Assembly: GCA_913051775.1 (NCBI GenBank)
Contig: CAJXCL010000002.1
Span: 18,307 to 82,306 of the forward strand
Length of the DNA: 64,000 nt
Reading direction: 5' to 3'
Source: an uncultured Nitrospirota bacterium
Lineage (GTDB): Bacteria > Nitrospinota > Nitrospinia > CAJXCL01
This document shows, piece by piece, positions 21,802-31,184 of this stretch. The notes under the pieces are model-generated. The model had not been told where the DNA came from. It worked only from the letters and a program-made list of their open reading frames with translations, and searched no databases. The position numbers and the translations under genes were made by a program. The first letter of the stretch is position 1. Every line of letters starts with the position of its first letter.

Positions 21802-23575
21802 CTGGATTCCTCCGGCAGCTATATTTATTTTTGGGGCATGCATTATCCCATTTCTAACAGGAAAGGCAAAGCAGGTCTATTTACTTCTACTTCCTGTTCT
21901 TGCTTTTATAAACCTTCTTAACATGCCTGAGGGTACAGACTGGGTATTTAATTTTCTTGGCTATGAAGTTATCTTTGGCAAGGTTGATAAACTGAGCAAG
22001 GTCTTCGGTTATATCTTTGTAATAATGGCATTTGGAGGGGCACTATTCTCTCTCCATTTAAAAGAGCAGCAAGAATCTGTGGCTGGATTTCTTTATGCCG
22101 GCGGCTCTCTCGGGGTTGTATTTGCAGGAGACTTCCTTTCTCTCTTTATCTTCTGGGAAATTATGTCAGTTTCATCAACTTACATCGTCTGGAGCCGAAG
22201 AACAAAGGCAGCCCAAGATGCGGGGTTAAGATATATCCTTGTGCATCTATTGGGTGGACTGTTCCTTTTATTCGGCATAATCATAAACGCATCTAATTCG
22301 GGCTCTATCGAGTTTGGTTTTATAGAATTAAATGGATTAGCGTCTTATCTTATACTGATTGGTTTTGCCGTGAATGCTGCCATTCCTCCTCTGTCTGCAT
22401 GGCTCTCCGATTCCTATCCTGAGTCAACAGTAACAGGAGCTGTATTCCTGAGTGCCTTTACAACCAAGACTGCAGTGTATGTCCTGTGCAGGGCGTTTCC
22501 AGGCGCAGAAATTTTGATATGGGCAGGGGCATTGATGACGATATACGGCATTATATATGCCATCTTAGAGAATGATATGAGGCGGGTTTTGGCATATAGC
22601 ATTATTAACCAGGTTGGATTTATGGTGGCAGGAATTGGAATAGGCACGGAACTATCAATCAATGGTACTGCCTCACACGCCTTTGCACATATCCTCTATA
22701 AGGCTTTGCTTTTCATGTCTGCCGGAGCGGTACTGTATAGGACAGGTAAAAGCAAGTGCACAGACCTAGGTGGGCTGTATAAGACAATGCCTGTAACCCT
22801 TATTTTTTGTCTTGTTGGTGCAGCCTCTATCTCAGCGTTTCCTCTAACCGGAGGATTTATAAGTAAATCAATGATAATTTCCGCATCAGGCCATGAGAAG
22901 ATGACAGTTATATGGTTGCTTCTCAACCTTGCATCAGCAGGGGTCTTCCTCCATGCAGGCATAAAATTCCCCTACTTTGTATTCTTTGCGAAGGACTCAG
23001 GTTTAAGGCCAAAGGAGCCGCCTTTAAACATGCTTCTTGCCATGGGCTTTTTTGCCTTTTTATGCATCTTTATCGGTGTATTTCCCGGGGTGCTTTACAG
23101 GATACTCCCATATCCTGTTGAATTTGTTCCTTACACTGCGAGTCATGTGATTAACCAACTCCAGATACTCTTATTCTCTGCCTTAGCGTTTTTTACACTC
23201 TTAAAATTTCTCCAGAGAACAGAAACGATAAGCCTCGATACCGACTGGTTTTATAGAAAAGGGTCCAGAGCCTTCTTGTGGTTTGTGGATAATCCAATGT
23301 CCAGATTTGGTCACCAGATGGGAAAGATTTTTTTCTATTATATCCTGGATTCCCTCATATGGTTTAGCAGAAACCCACTGGCAGTTCTCAAGATGGCTGC
23401 TGATACAATGTTCTTGTTGGTTAGCGATCCTGATCAAAGAATAGAAATAAAGAAACGAATAGAAAAAGAGAAGGAAATCTATCCGGGTGATATAATCAAA
23501 CACTGGCCTATAGGCTCAACAGTTCTGTACCTGACCTTCTTTCTCTTAACCTGTTTGTTGGTGTATTACTTGTAA
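21794..23575 (+). CDS. Na+/H+ antiporter subunit D family protein 3
   Basis: FIFWEIM, AWLSDSYPEST.TGAVFLSAFTTK, LAYSIINQVG, HILYKALLF, LDTDWFYR; ATG at 21794 preceded by GAGG. Confidence 0.9.
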   Translation: MTNWIPPAAIFIFGACIIPFLTGKAKQVYLLLLPVLAFINLLNMPEGTDWVFNFLGYEVIFGKVDKLSKVFGYIFVIMAFGGALFSLHLKEQQESVAGFLYAGGSLGVVFAGDFLSLFIFWEIMSVSSTYIVWSRRTKAAQDAGLRYILVHLLGGLFLLFGIIINASNSGSIEFGFIELNGLASYLILIGFAVNAAIPPLSAWLSDSYPESTVTGAVFLSAFTTKTAVYVLCRAFPGAEILIWAGALMTIYGIIYAILENDMRRVLAYSIINQVGFMVAGIGIGTELSINGTASHAFAHILYKALLFMSAGAVLYRTGKSKCTDLGGLYKTMPVTLIFCLVGAASISAFPLTGGFISKSMIISASGHEKMTVIWLLLNLASAGVFLHAGIKFPYFVFFAKDSGLRPKEPPLNMLLAMGFFAFLCIFIGVFPGVLYRILPYPVEFVPYTASHVINQLQILLFSALAFFTLLKFLQRTETISLDTDWFYRKGSRAFLWFVDNPMSRFGHQMGKIFFYYILDSLIWFSRNPLAVLKMAADTMFLLVSDPDQRIEIKKRIEKEKEIYPGDIIKHWPIGSTVLYLTFFLLTCLLVYYL

Positions 23576-23621
23576 AGTAAAACTAAATCGTTCAATAATG
23601 TCTTCAGATTCTTTGAACAGG

Positions 23622-24004
23622 GGTGGGCGACATTGACGAAGTGCTTGAAAAAGCAAAGAAAATGAAGTAATAAAACCATGCGCTGTTTTCCCCCCTATCA
23701 AGAGGGGAAACAGGTGGTGTTAACTACATTACAGCTCAAAAAAAAATGGCTGAAGAAAAAACATTCAAGTTGGAAATTATCACGCCTAACGAGGTGGTAT
23801 TAAGCAAGGATGTGTTGAGCATTACAGCTCCCGGAGCAGAAGGATCCTTTGGAATCCTTGCCAACCACGCACCTTTTATGACTTCCCTTGACAAAGGCGA
23901 ACTGAAAATCAAAGAACCCGGCCAGGTAAATCCTCTAATTATCGACATCAATAAAGGCTTTCTCGAAGTCTTAAACAACAAAGTTGTTGTCCTCGTCGAT
24001 AAAG
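23622..24004 (+). repeat. Direct repeat copy 2: atpD 3' remnant ([15 protein letters not shown]), spacer and atpC
   Basis: Aligns with 15451-15830, including the non-coding spacer hairpin. Confidence 0.92.
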
Positions 24005-24027
24005 TCAAAACCGAAGATCAAGAGTAG
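23746..24027 (+). CDS. atpC: ATP synthase F1 subunit epsilon, copy 2 (short)
   Basis: LEIITP, APGAEGSFGILANHAPFMTSL, GFLEV. Confidence 0.93.
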   Translation: MAEEKTFKLEIITPNEVVLSKDVLSITAPGAEGSFGILANHAPFMTSLDKGELKIKEPGQVNPLIIDINKGFLEVLNNKVVVLVDKVKTEDQE

Positions 24028-24121
24028 TCTTACTTGTTAGAACCATGATTGTCATTCCCGCATGGTTTCAGCTGGAATCCGGGTGTGAACAAATCCAAAA
24101 TAGCTCAACTGCGTTAAAATA

Positions 24122-24150
24122 TTGACAGTCAATGGTGCGCAATGTAAAAT
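24122..24150 (+). promoter_or_regulatory. sigma70-type promoter of the ankyrin gene
   Basis: TTGACA, 17 nt, TAAAAT; the -35 box sits inside the palindrome ATTGAC-A-GTCAAT. Confidence 0.65.
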
Positions 24151-24215
24151 TTTTAACTAAGGAAAAAAAGATAAAATTTCACAATTTATAAAAATATTAA
24201 AGGAGATGGAAAACT

Positions 24216-24704
24216 ATGGCGGAAGATTTGAAAAGCGCAATTGAAAAAGGTGACCTGGAAGCAGTATCCGCGCTATTAGAAAAAGGGATAAGCGTTAATG
24301 AAATGCTGGAATCTGAATTTACTCCCTTAATCACCGCAACAAACAGCGGCCATTTTGATATTGTAAAAAAATTGATTGAGAGTGGAGCTGACGTAAATGC
24401 AAAATGCGAACGTGACATAACAGCTCTCAAAGCGGCATCGGCTCATGGAGATATAGAAACAGTCAAGCTCTTATTGGAGAACAGCGCAGATCTAAATGCG
24501 GCTGGAGGAACTTTACCGGCAATACTGATAGCTGCAAGTAACGGCCATATAAATCTTGTCAAGTTCATGCTGGAAAAAGGAGCCAAGATTAATTTAAAAG
24601 ATGAGAGAGAGTATGAAGCAGTAATGAATGCGGCACACAATGGTCACTTGGAGGTTGTAAAACTTTTGATGCAAACGGAAGGTAATCAAAGCAAAAAAAA
24701 ATAA
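24216..24704 (+). CDS. Ankyrin repeat protein
   Basis: About five repeats such as TPLITATNSGHFDIVKKLIESGADVN; AAGGAG ribosome-binding site. Confidence 0.92.
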   Translation: MAEDLKSAIEKGDLEAVSALLEKGISVNEMLESEFTPLITATNSGHFDIVKKLIESGADVNAKCERDITALKAASAHGDIETVKLLLENSADLNAAGGTLPAILIAASNGHINLVKFMLEKGAKINLKDEREYEAVMNAAHNGHLEVVKLLMQTEGNQSKKK

Positions 24705-25098
24705 GCGTGCAAGCTTCAGCGCTTAACCTGCTATAGTTTCTTTCACTTGCAGCTCACTTTTGGTTGCTCAAAACGAAATAGATCCAAACTTTCTCTCATA
24801 TGCTGCTCATCTGTAGTTTAGGTAAGTGTTACCATCTATGATTGATACTTTAATATTGAAGCTCCCCGGAACAATGACCTACCCTAAATCTTAGTGCCAC
24901 CCTTAGAGTGATGATTTTCTATACGATCAGTTGAAGCGTAGCGGAAACTGATGGTATAGGTTAATATTTTCATTGTGCTCATAATTACGGATACTGATTA
25001 GCAATTTCATTACCGCTTATGGTAGATTTAGAGAATAAGCGGAAATCACTATTAGGGGAAAGGCTCACAAGTGGAGTCATTTTTATTGAGGAACGAAA

Positions 25099-27258
25099 AT
25101 GACAGTTGGTGGTGGTTTTAAAGCGATTAAGTATTCTCTAAAAGTTGCACGTGCAGCAGGGTTCCGAAAGATACTGCAGGCTAGTTTGTCTAAAAATACC
25201 TGTAAATCCTGTGCGTTGGGCATGGGAGGCCAAAAAGGGGGAATGGTCAACGAAACGGGGAATTTTCCAGAAATTTGTAAAAAAAATTTTCAGGCCCAAA
25301 TCACAGATATTCAGCCCTCCATTTCAGAGAAGCTATTTCAAAAAAAAAGCATCGAGGATTTGAAAAAGACTCCGACTCGATTATTGGAGCGAAGCGGACG
25401 GCTCAATACCCCCCTCTATAAAGATAAAGGCGATTCTCATTATTCCACGATTTCCTGGGAGCAGGCATTAGAAAGAATCGCAAATCAATTCAAAGCGACT
25501 CTTCCTGAACGAACCTTTTTTTATAGTTCCGGGCGTTCTTCCAATGAAGCCGCGTTTTTACTACAACTCTTTGCGCGCATTTACGGTACCAATAACATTA
25601 ACAATTGTTCTTACTATTGTCATCAGGCATCCGGGGTAGGAATCGGTTCGACGATAGGAACAGGGTCAGCAACGATTCAACTGCAAGACCTAGAAAAAGC
25701 TGATTTAATTTTTGTCATTGGAGCCAATCCAGCCTCAAACCACCCCCGATTTATTCGTCAACTGCTCAATTGTCGTCGACGCGGGGGGCATGTCATTGTT
25801 ATCAACCCCGCCAAAGAAAAAGGACTGGTGAAATTTGCGATTCCTTCGGATGTCAGATCAATGTCTGTGGGAGGGAGTCCGATTGCTTCTGAATACATTC
25901 AGATTCATATTGGAGGGGACATTGCGTTACTCAAAGGGATTGCAAAAGCCGTGCTTGAGACGGGAAAGCACGATCTTCGTTTTATGGAGGATCATACTCA
26001 TGGGAAGCAAGGCTATATAGCGGATCTTCAAGAGACCCCTTGGGAAATGATCGTTTTGTATTCTGGTATTTCTAAACAGCGCATCCAGCAAATCGCCGAG
26101 ATTTACGGAAATTCCAGAAACGTCATATTTTCCTGGGCAATGGGAATCACGCATCATGAACATGGGGTGGAGAATGTTGAATCGATTGTCAATCTTGCAC
26201 TGTTGCGTGGAATGGTCGGCAGGCGTTTCGCCGGATTGCTTCCCTTAAGAGGCCATAGCAATGTTCAGGGGGTTGGATCCGTTGGCGCAACACCGGTCTT
26301 GAAAGATAAGATTTTTAAAAATATAGAGAAGCACCTGGGGGTTCAACTTCTGACTACTCCTGGAATGGACACCATGTCTTGCATGAAGGCTTCCTACAAC
26401 GGAAAAATCGATTTGGCCTTTTTACTGGGGGGAAACCTGTATAATGCCAACCCTGATACACAGTTTACGGAGAAGTCTTTAAACGCTATTCCTTTAAAGA
26501 TTTTTTTAAACACCACGCTCAACCAAGGGCACTTTTGTGGAGTGGAACGAGAAGTCTTGATTCTTCCGGTAGCTGCTCGGGATGAGGAACGCCAGAAAAC
26601 AACCCAAGAGTCCATGTTTAATTTTGTTCGGATGAGTGATGGCGGAATTGTTCGACTTGATAACGTGCGCTCGGAAGTTGAGATCATTAGTAGTATTGCT
26701 CAAAAAGTTTTGGTGGATAGCCCCATTGAATTTGGAAAATTAAAACGTCATCAAAATCTGAGAAAAGCCATCGCACAAACGGTTCCCGGGTTTGAAAAAA
26801 TGAGCGAAATGGACGAAACTCAGAAAGAGTTCCATATTTCCGGTAGGACATTTCATCAAGCCCGCTTTGCAACTCCAGACCACAAAGCAAATTTTAGAAT
26901 ATGCTCAATTCCTTCATTGAAAGGAGAAGAAGGAGATTTTCGAATGATGACGGTTAGAAGTGAAGGGCAGTTTAATTCCATTATATATGAAGAAGAAGAT
27001 ATTTACAGGGAGCAAACAAGTCGCCGGGTGGTGCTGATGAATAAGGATGATATTCAAAATAAGGGATTACAAGAAAATGATCTCGTCACTTTAGAATCTT
27101 CCGTAGGAAAAATGGAACGGGTTATGGTGCGTGAATTTGATATTCCTTGTGGTAACGTCATGACCTATTATCCAGAATCCAATGTTTTAGTGCCAACCAC
27201 GACCGATCCAAGAAGTCTAACTCCTGCATTCAAATTGGTTTGGGTGAAAATTTTATAA
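25099..27258 (+). CDS. FdhF/YdeP-family molybdopterin oxidoreductase
   Basis: FYSSGRSSNEAAF, NNCSYYCHQAS (Cys ligand), GANPASNHPR, PLRGHSNVQG, MTVRSEGQFNS, YYPESNVL. Confidence 0.9.
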   Translation: MTVGGGFKAIKYSLKVARAAGFRKILQASLSKNTCKSCALGMGGQKGGMVNETGNFPEICKKNFQAQITDIQPSISEKLFQKKSIEDLKKTPTRLLERSGRLNTPLYKDKGDSHYSTISWEQALERIANQFKATLPERTFFYSSGRSSNEAAFLLQLFARIYGTNNINNCSYYCHQASGVGIGSTIGTGSATIQLQDLEKADLIFVIGANPASNHPRFIRQLLNCRRRGGHVIVINPAKEKGLVKFAIPSDVRSMSVGGSPIASEYIQIHIGGDIALLKGIAKAVLETGKHDLRFMEDHTHGKQGYIADLQETPWEMIVLYSGISKQRIQQIAEIYGNSRNVIFSWAMGITHHEHGVENVESIVNLALLRGMVGRRFAGLLPLRGHSNVQGVGSVGATPVLKDKIFKNIEKHLGVQLLTTPGMDTMSCMKASYNGKIDLAFLLGGNLYNANPDTQFTEKSLNAIPLKIFLNTTLNQGHFCGVEREVLILPVAARDEERQKTTQESMFNFVRMSDGGIVRLDNVRSEVEIISSIAQKVLVDSPIEFGKLKRHQNLRKAIAQTVPGFEKMSEMDETQKEFHISGRTFHQARFATPDHKANFRICSIPSLKGEEGDFRMMTVRSEGQFNSIIYEEEDIYREQTSRRVVLMNKDDIQNKGLQENDLVTLESSVGKMERVMVREFDIPCGNVMTYYPESNVLVPTTTDPRSLTPAFKLVWVKIL

Positions 27259-27422
27259 AGCGGAGAGGCTCCGCAACCACTATTCGGCATGGAGAACCAA
27301 ACTGGACGAATGTTTGTTCAATCCGCCCAAAGGGTTGAGGCCATGGGAGATCGAAATCAAATGGAGCTTCCGTTCCGGTGAGCAAAAAAAACTTGTTAAA
27401 AAAAACAAGCTTTTACATAGTA
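27259..27422 (-). repeat. Multi-hairpin dispersed repeat, copy E (inverted)
   Basis: Reverse complement aligns over about 165 bp with 40924-41090; begins right after the FdhF/YdeP stop codon. Confidence 0.9.
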
Positions 27423-27428
27423 CTGGTA

Positions 27429-27498
27429 TAATGGGGTAAGGCTTACAATTATGCAATTAGAATTCTAAAAATTGCGTTTTAAATTCTACAATCGTAAG
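27429..27498 (+). repeat. REP-like repeat of about 70 bp, copy 1
   Basis: GGGTAAGGCTT.CAATTATGCAATTAGAATTCTAAAAA..TTTAAATTCTACAATCGTAAG recurs at 28430-28506. Confidence 0.85.
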
Positions 27499-27548
27499 TG
27501 CATTAGTCAGTAAAAGCGCTTACAAGCGGCCTTCCGGTTTTATCCTTA

Positions 27549-28199
27549 TCAGAGTTTTCCTTGGTACTTCGGGTCTTTAGCCACCTCTATCATTTTAGCA
27601 AACCTTTTATTTTCCATGAAAAGCCTCAATTGACCTGCCAGAAAACCAAAAATCAATCCAACCAGACACGCAATAATCCAACCAGTAATAAAAAACATCT
27701 TTTTGGAATTTTCACTCTTTTCCTTGTCCTTAATTAATTGATCCTGACTTAGCTTAAACTCTTGTAATTCAAAACTTAATTTTTCTTTTTTCTTAATCGT
27801 TTCTGCAACATTCTTCTTAAGTTCTTCTATCTTCTTCTTAAGTTCTTCTATCTGACTTCTTTGGCGATCTATGGTATCTTTATGTTCTACAATTATTACA
27901 CTTTTCGGTTTCTCGGCTTTTACCGTTTTTCGAAAAATCCACCCTTCTTTATCACTCGGGAGTAACACCTTTAACCATTCCTTCTCTTCCTTCAGTATCT
28001 TTAGAACCTGGTCCATTTTTACTACTTCTATAACGCTATTTTCCAATCCTGGTCCTGACCGAATGTTTGTAGATCCCCCACTAACATATACATTTTTGGA
28101 AAGTGCAACCTCAGGAAAAAAAAGGACCAGAGCAAGAGGCAACAGTAAAAAATGGGTTATTCTAATTACAATTTTCAGGTTTTCTTTAAACAGAACCAT
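27549..28199 (-). CDS. SH3-domain membrane protein (YgiM/HtrG-like)
   Basis: Signal-like N-terminus, NIRSGPG..WLKV..EGWI bacterial SH3, coiled coil, C-terminal transmembrane helix. Confidence 0.8.
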   Translation of the reverse strand: MVLFKENLKIVIRITHFLLLPLALVLFFPEVALSKNVYVSGGSTNIRSGPGLENSVIEVVKMDQVLKILKEEKEWLKVLLPSDKEGWIFRKTVKAEKPKSVIIVEHKDTIDRQRSQIEELKKKIEELKKNVAETIKKKEKLSFELQEFKLSQDQLIKDKEKSENSKKMFFITGWIIACLVGLIFGFLAGQLRLFMENKRFAKMIEVAKDPKYQGKL

Positions 28200-28429
28200 T
28201 ATAATAAAATTGAATTTTTTGAATCACACAAGTGGGTTTTATTCCCCGTGAAATACAACACCTTTTCAACAAAATCTTATTCGATATCCTGTCCGCTTGC
28301 GGCAAAGACGTTCATTTGACTAAAATTGGTCTGATTTGTTTCTAATCTAATCTGCCACATAAAATACCTTTAATTCAAGCATTATTTTGTTTGAACTTCC
28401 CCTGTTTTTTAAGAATTAGCTATGGATAA

Positions 28430-28506
28430 TAATAGGGTAAGGCTTGCAATTATGCAATTAGAATTCTAAAAAATGTGGTTTAAATTCTACAATCGTAAGC
28501 CTGACC
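28430..28506 (+). repeat. REP-like repeat, copy 2, with terminal inverted repeats
   Basis: GGTAAGGCTTGC...GTAAGCCTGACC; direct repeat of 27429-27498. Confidence 0.85.
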
Positions 28507-28635
28507 AAAACCTGAGCACGAAAAATACCAGGTTCTTTCTACCCCAGCCCTAAGCTTTGAAATTCCGATACTGTAAAACAGTAATTTTGACTCGGAAATG
28601 CTGCTTTTGATATACTTATTAGTTTTGGAATAGAA

Positions 28636-28878
28636 ATGGCAAAAATCACTCGAGTTTGGCTGGATGAATCTGAATATGAGTGTACTATGTGCGGCTCCTG
28701 TGAAGCTGTATGTGGCTCTGTTTTTGAAGTACCGGAAAAGATGGTTATTAAAGAAGGTGCAGACTTATCCCTTAAAGAAGAAATTGAAGAAGCTGCAAAA
28801 GGATGTCCTGCCAGTACGATTGCTATTGAATATGAGAATAGCGGAAAACGGAACAACCCGTTAATAGATAGGTACTGA
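28636..28878 (+). CDS. Monocluster ferredoxin
   Basis: CTMCGSCEAVC...VF...EAAKGCP..I pattern. Confidence 0.88.
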   Translation: MAKITRVWLDESEYECTMCGSCEAVCGSVFEVPEKMVIKEGADLSLKEEIEEAAKGCPASTIAIEYENSGKRNNPLIDRY

Positions 28879-28939
28879 ATGGAACATGGATTCTATGTAA
28901 CAGTTCACCGTTGCTACTTTTTTGCCAGCGGGACACTAA

Positions 28940-29178
28940 GTACATTGATTCATAATACATTAACATAAAGCAAAAACATTAGACGGGATAACAGGATGAA
29001 TTAGAGGCTGGCATGATTTAAGCTTAGCTTTGTAAACGCTATTTATTATACAAAATAATCTTTTTAACACGTATTGAAAATATAATGAAGATAGAGCTTT
29101 TGATTAACAGATTAATATCCAGTTAATCCTGACAAATGATTATATAAAATACGTTGCCGAATATATGAAATAGTGTAC
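28940..29178. mobile_element. Putative MITE with imperfect terminal inverted repeats and TAA flanks
   Basis: GTACATTGATTCATA / TATGAAATAGTGTAC (12 of 15 complementary), TAA on both sides, no ORF. Confidence 0.5.
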
Positions 29179-29302
29179 TAAGGCACTAAGGAAATTGGGG
29201 TCACATCTCGCCAATCAACAAAATTCAAACTTAATGTGGTTTGTTCTGAAAAATTAATTAACCGCAGAGTTCCCAAAGGTGAAGAATAATTTATGGAAGA
29301 AG

Positions 29303-30235
29303 TTAAAAATTAAAATGTTCTTGAACCGCTGTATAAATAGCTTCATCAGTCATTTCAGGCTTTTCAATATCCACTTCAATCCATTTTGTTGAAGAAACTT
29401 TTTTAAACCATGTTAATTGCCTTTTAGCAAAATTTCTTGTTTCTTTTTTTATATTTTCAACTGCTTTTTCCAATGCCAACTCTTTCCTCAAATACTGAAC
29501 GATCTCCTTATAACCTATACTCTGAAAAGGTTTTAACCGGTCTGAATACCCCCTGGCGAGAATAGCTTTGACTTCATTGACTAAACCTTTTTTGATCATC
29601 CTGTTAACACGCTCATTAATCCTTTGATACAACAAAGAGCGATCCATATTCAAAACAAGGTACAGAACATCATATTGATTTATCTCATGCTTCTCAGATG
29701 ATTGTAAAGATGACATAGGTTTCCCCGTCAGATAATAGACCTCTAAAGCCCTTTCGATCCGAAATTTATCAGCGGGATTAATTTTCTTTGCCGCATCGGG
29801 ATCTACTTTTAAAAGCTCATTATGCATGGCCGTGCACCCCTCTTTCTCTAAACTCTTTCTCAGGTTTTTCCTTACCTCAGGATCAGAAGGTGCAGCCATG
29901 GACAATCCTCTAGCAATAGCACTAATATATAAACCCGTGCCACCTGATACAATCGGTATTTTTCCTTTTGCGTGAAGTTTGTTGATTATTTTTCTCCCGT
30001 CTTTTTTAAATCTCCCTGCGTTATATTCTTCGTCAGGGTTTATTATGTTCGTCAAATGGTGAGGAATAGTTTTTCGATCTTTGATTGTAGGCTTTGCGGT
30101 TCCAATATCAAAATAACGATAAACCTGCATAGAGTCGGCACTGATAATCTCACTATTCAAGCGCTTTGCCAGATGGAATGATCTTTCAGATTTTCCTGTT
30201 GCTGTTGGTCCTGCGATTATTATTAAAGGAATCAT
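29303..30235 (-). CDS. miaA: tRNA dimethylallyltransferase
   Basis: GPTATGKS, ISADSMQVY..DIGTAKP, GGTGLY, IGYKE, TRNFAKRQLTWF. Confidence 0.97.
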   Translation of the reverse strand: MIPLIIIAGPTATGKSERSFHLAKRLNSEIISADSMQVYRYFDIGTAKPTIKDRKTIPHHLTNIINPDEEYNAGRFKKDGRKIINKLHAKGKIPIVSGGTGLYISAIARGLSMAAPSDPEVRKNLRKSLEKEGCTAMHNELLKVDPDAAKKINPADKFRIERALEVYYLTGKPMSSLQSSEKHEINQYDVLYLVLNMDRSLLYQRINERVNRMIKKGLVNEVKAILARGYSDRLKPFQSIGYKEIVQYLRKELALEKAVENIKKETRNFAKRQLTWFKKVSSTKWIEVDIEKPEMTDEAIYTAVQEHFNF

Positions 30236-31004
30236 AAATTTTCTGCATCTCTAAAGTATAGTTGCCATCATTATCATAGATATAAAGGGGGTCTAAAATT
30301 TTCGTCTTCATTTTTTGAAAATGCTCAGTTTTTTGTGGAGATTTTTTATTTACAACCCCATTTCCCCTACTTGCCAAGGAGGGGAAATGGGGGAGGTCTT
30401 CTTTTTTAACCCCCTCGATCAAAAACATCTTGGGATTGTTGTTTCTCTTTGAACAAATAAACCGGATTTTTTTTGGGATTAGTCCATGTTCTGCCATTGT
30501 ACGAACAAGTTCATCATATCGTTCAGGGAGATAAATCATAACCAGTTTTCCCTTATTGCAAAGCAGGTTGAAAGCGCTTTTAAGAAGCTCCGGCAAAGTA
30601 ATAAGAATTTCATGGCGCGCAATGGCTTTCTCTTCATTTGGATTCAGGCGCCCACTATTTAATTTTCGATAAGGGGGGTTGCTGACCACAATATCAAAAT
30701 ATCCATTTTTCAAAAATGATTTTGAGAACCTAATATCACCTTGAATCAACATTACCTGATTTTCAAGTCTGTTTTGGGCAATATTACGTCTGGCATGCTG
30801 CAACAAAGAATACTGGATATCAAGTCCTGCTATTTTAGATTTGGTCTTGCGTGACAGTAGCAAAGGGATAATGCCATTCCCTGTTCCAAAGTCAACAATT
30901 TTGTTCTCCTCCGTTGGAGATACAAAATCAGCTAATATAAAAGAATCTATCGAATACCGGTAACCGGCAACGCTCTGAAGAAGATATAATTGATTCATTT
31001 TCAT
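30186..31004 (-). CDS. tRNA1(Val) A37 N6-methyltransferase (TrmN6/YfiC family) carrying an in-frame palindrome insertion
   Basis: Q..GYRYSIDS, DFGTGNGIIPL, SNPPY, AIARHE, PLYIY. Confidence 0.88.
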   Translation of the reverse strand: MKMNQLYLLQSVAGYRYSIDSFILADFVSPTEENKIVDFGTGNGIIPLLLSRKTKSKIAGLDIQYSLLQHARRNIAQNRLENQVMLIQGDIRFSKSFLKNGYFDIVVSNPPYRKLNSGRLNPNEEKAIARHEILITLPELLKSAFNLLCNKGKLVMIYLPERYDELVRTMAEHGLIPKKIRFICSKRNNNPKMFLIEGVKKEDLPHFPSLASRGNGVVNKKSPQKTEHFQKMKTKILDPLYIYDNDGNYTLEMQKIYDSFNNNRRTNSNRKI

Positions 31005-31048
31005 CGAAAATCGCTTTTTGATTATTGTATTGTATTTTATAAAAACTT

Positions 31049-31100
31049 TAGACAGGATTACAGGATAAACAAAAAAAGCAATGACACTGTCATTGCACTC
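31049..31100. repeat. GACAGGAT-family element with central palindrome
   Basis: GACAGGATTACAGGATAAAC followed by GCAATGAC-ACT-GTCATTGC; same layout at 58736-58825. Confidence 0.75.
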
Positions 31101-31184
31101 TAAAAATAATATAAAAACAATGTCACAGGATTTAGAATTGTTGATGTTATATTTTTTGACCGTTCAGGAGGAGTAGTTTATATT

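Noticed and set aside
15891-23575. Membrane arm of complex I or of an Mbh/Mbx/Ehr hydrogenase
   Set aside because: No NuoH/B/C/D/I-like or hydrogenase subunits are in or next to the cluster; only Mrp-type subunits are present.
27429-28506. CRISPR array
   Set aside because: Only two copies 1 kb apart, no regular repeat-spacer period and no cas genes anywhere in the window.
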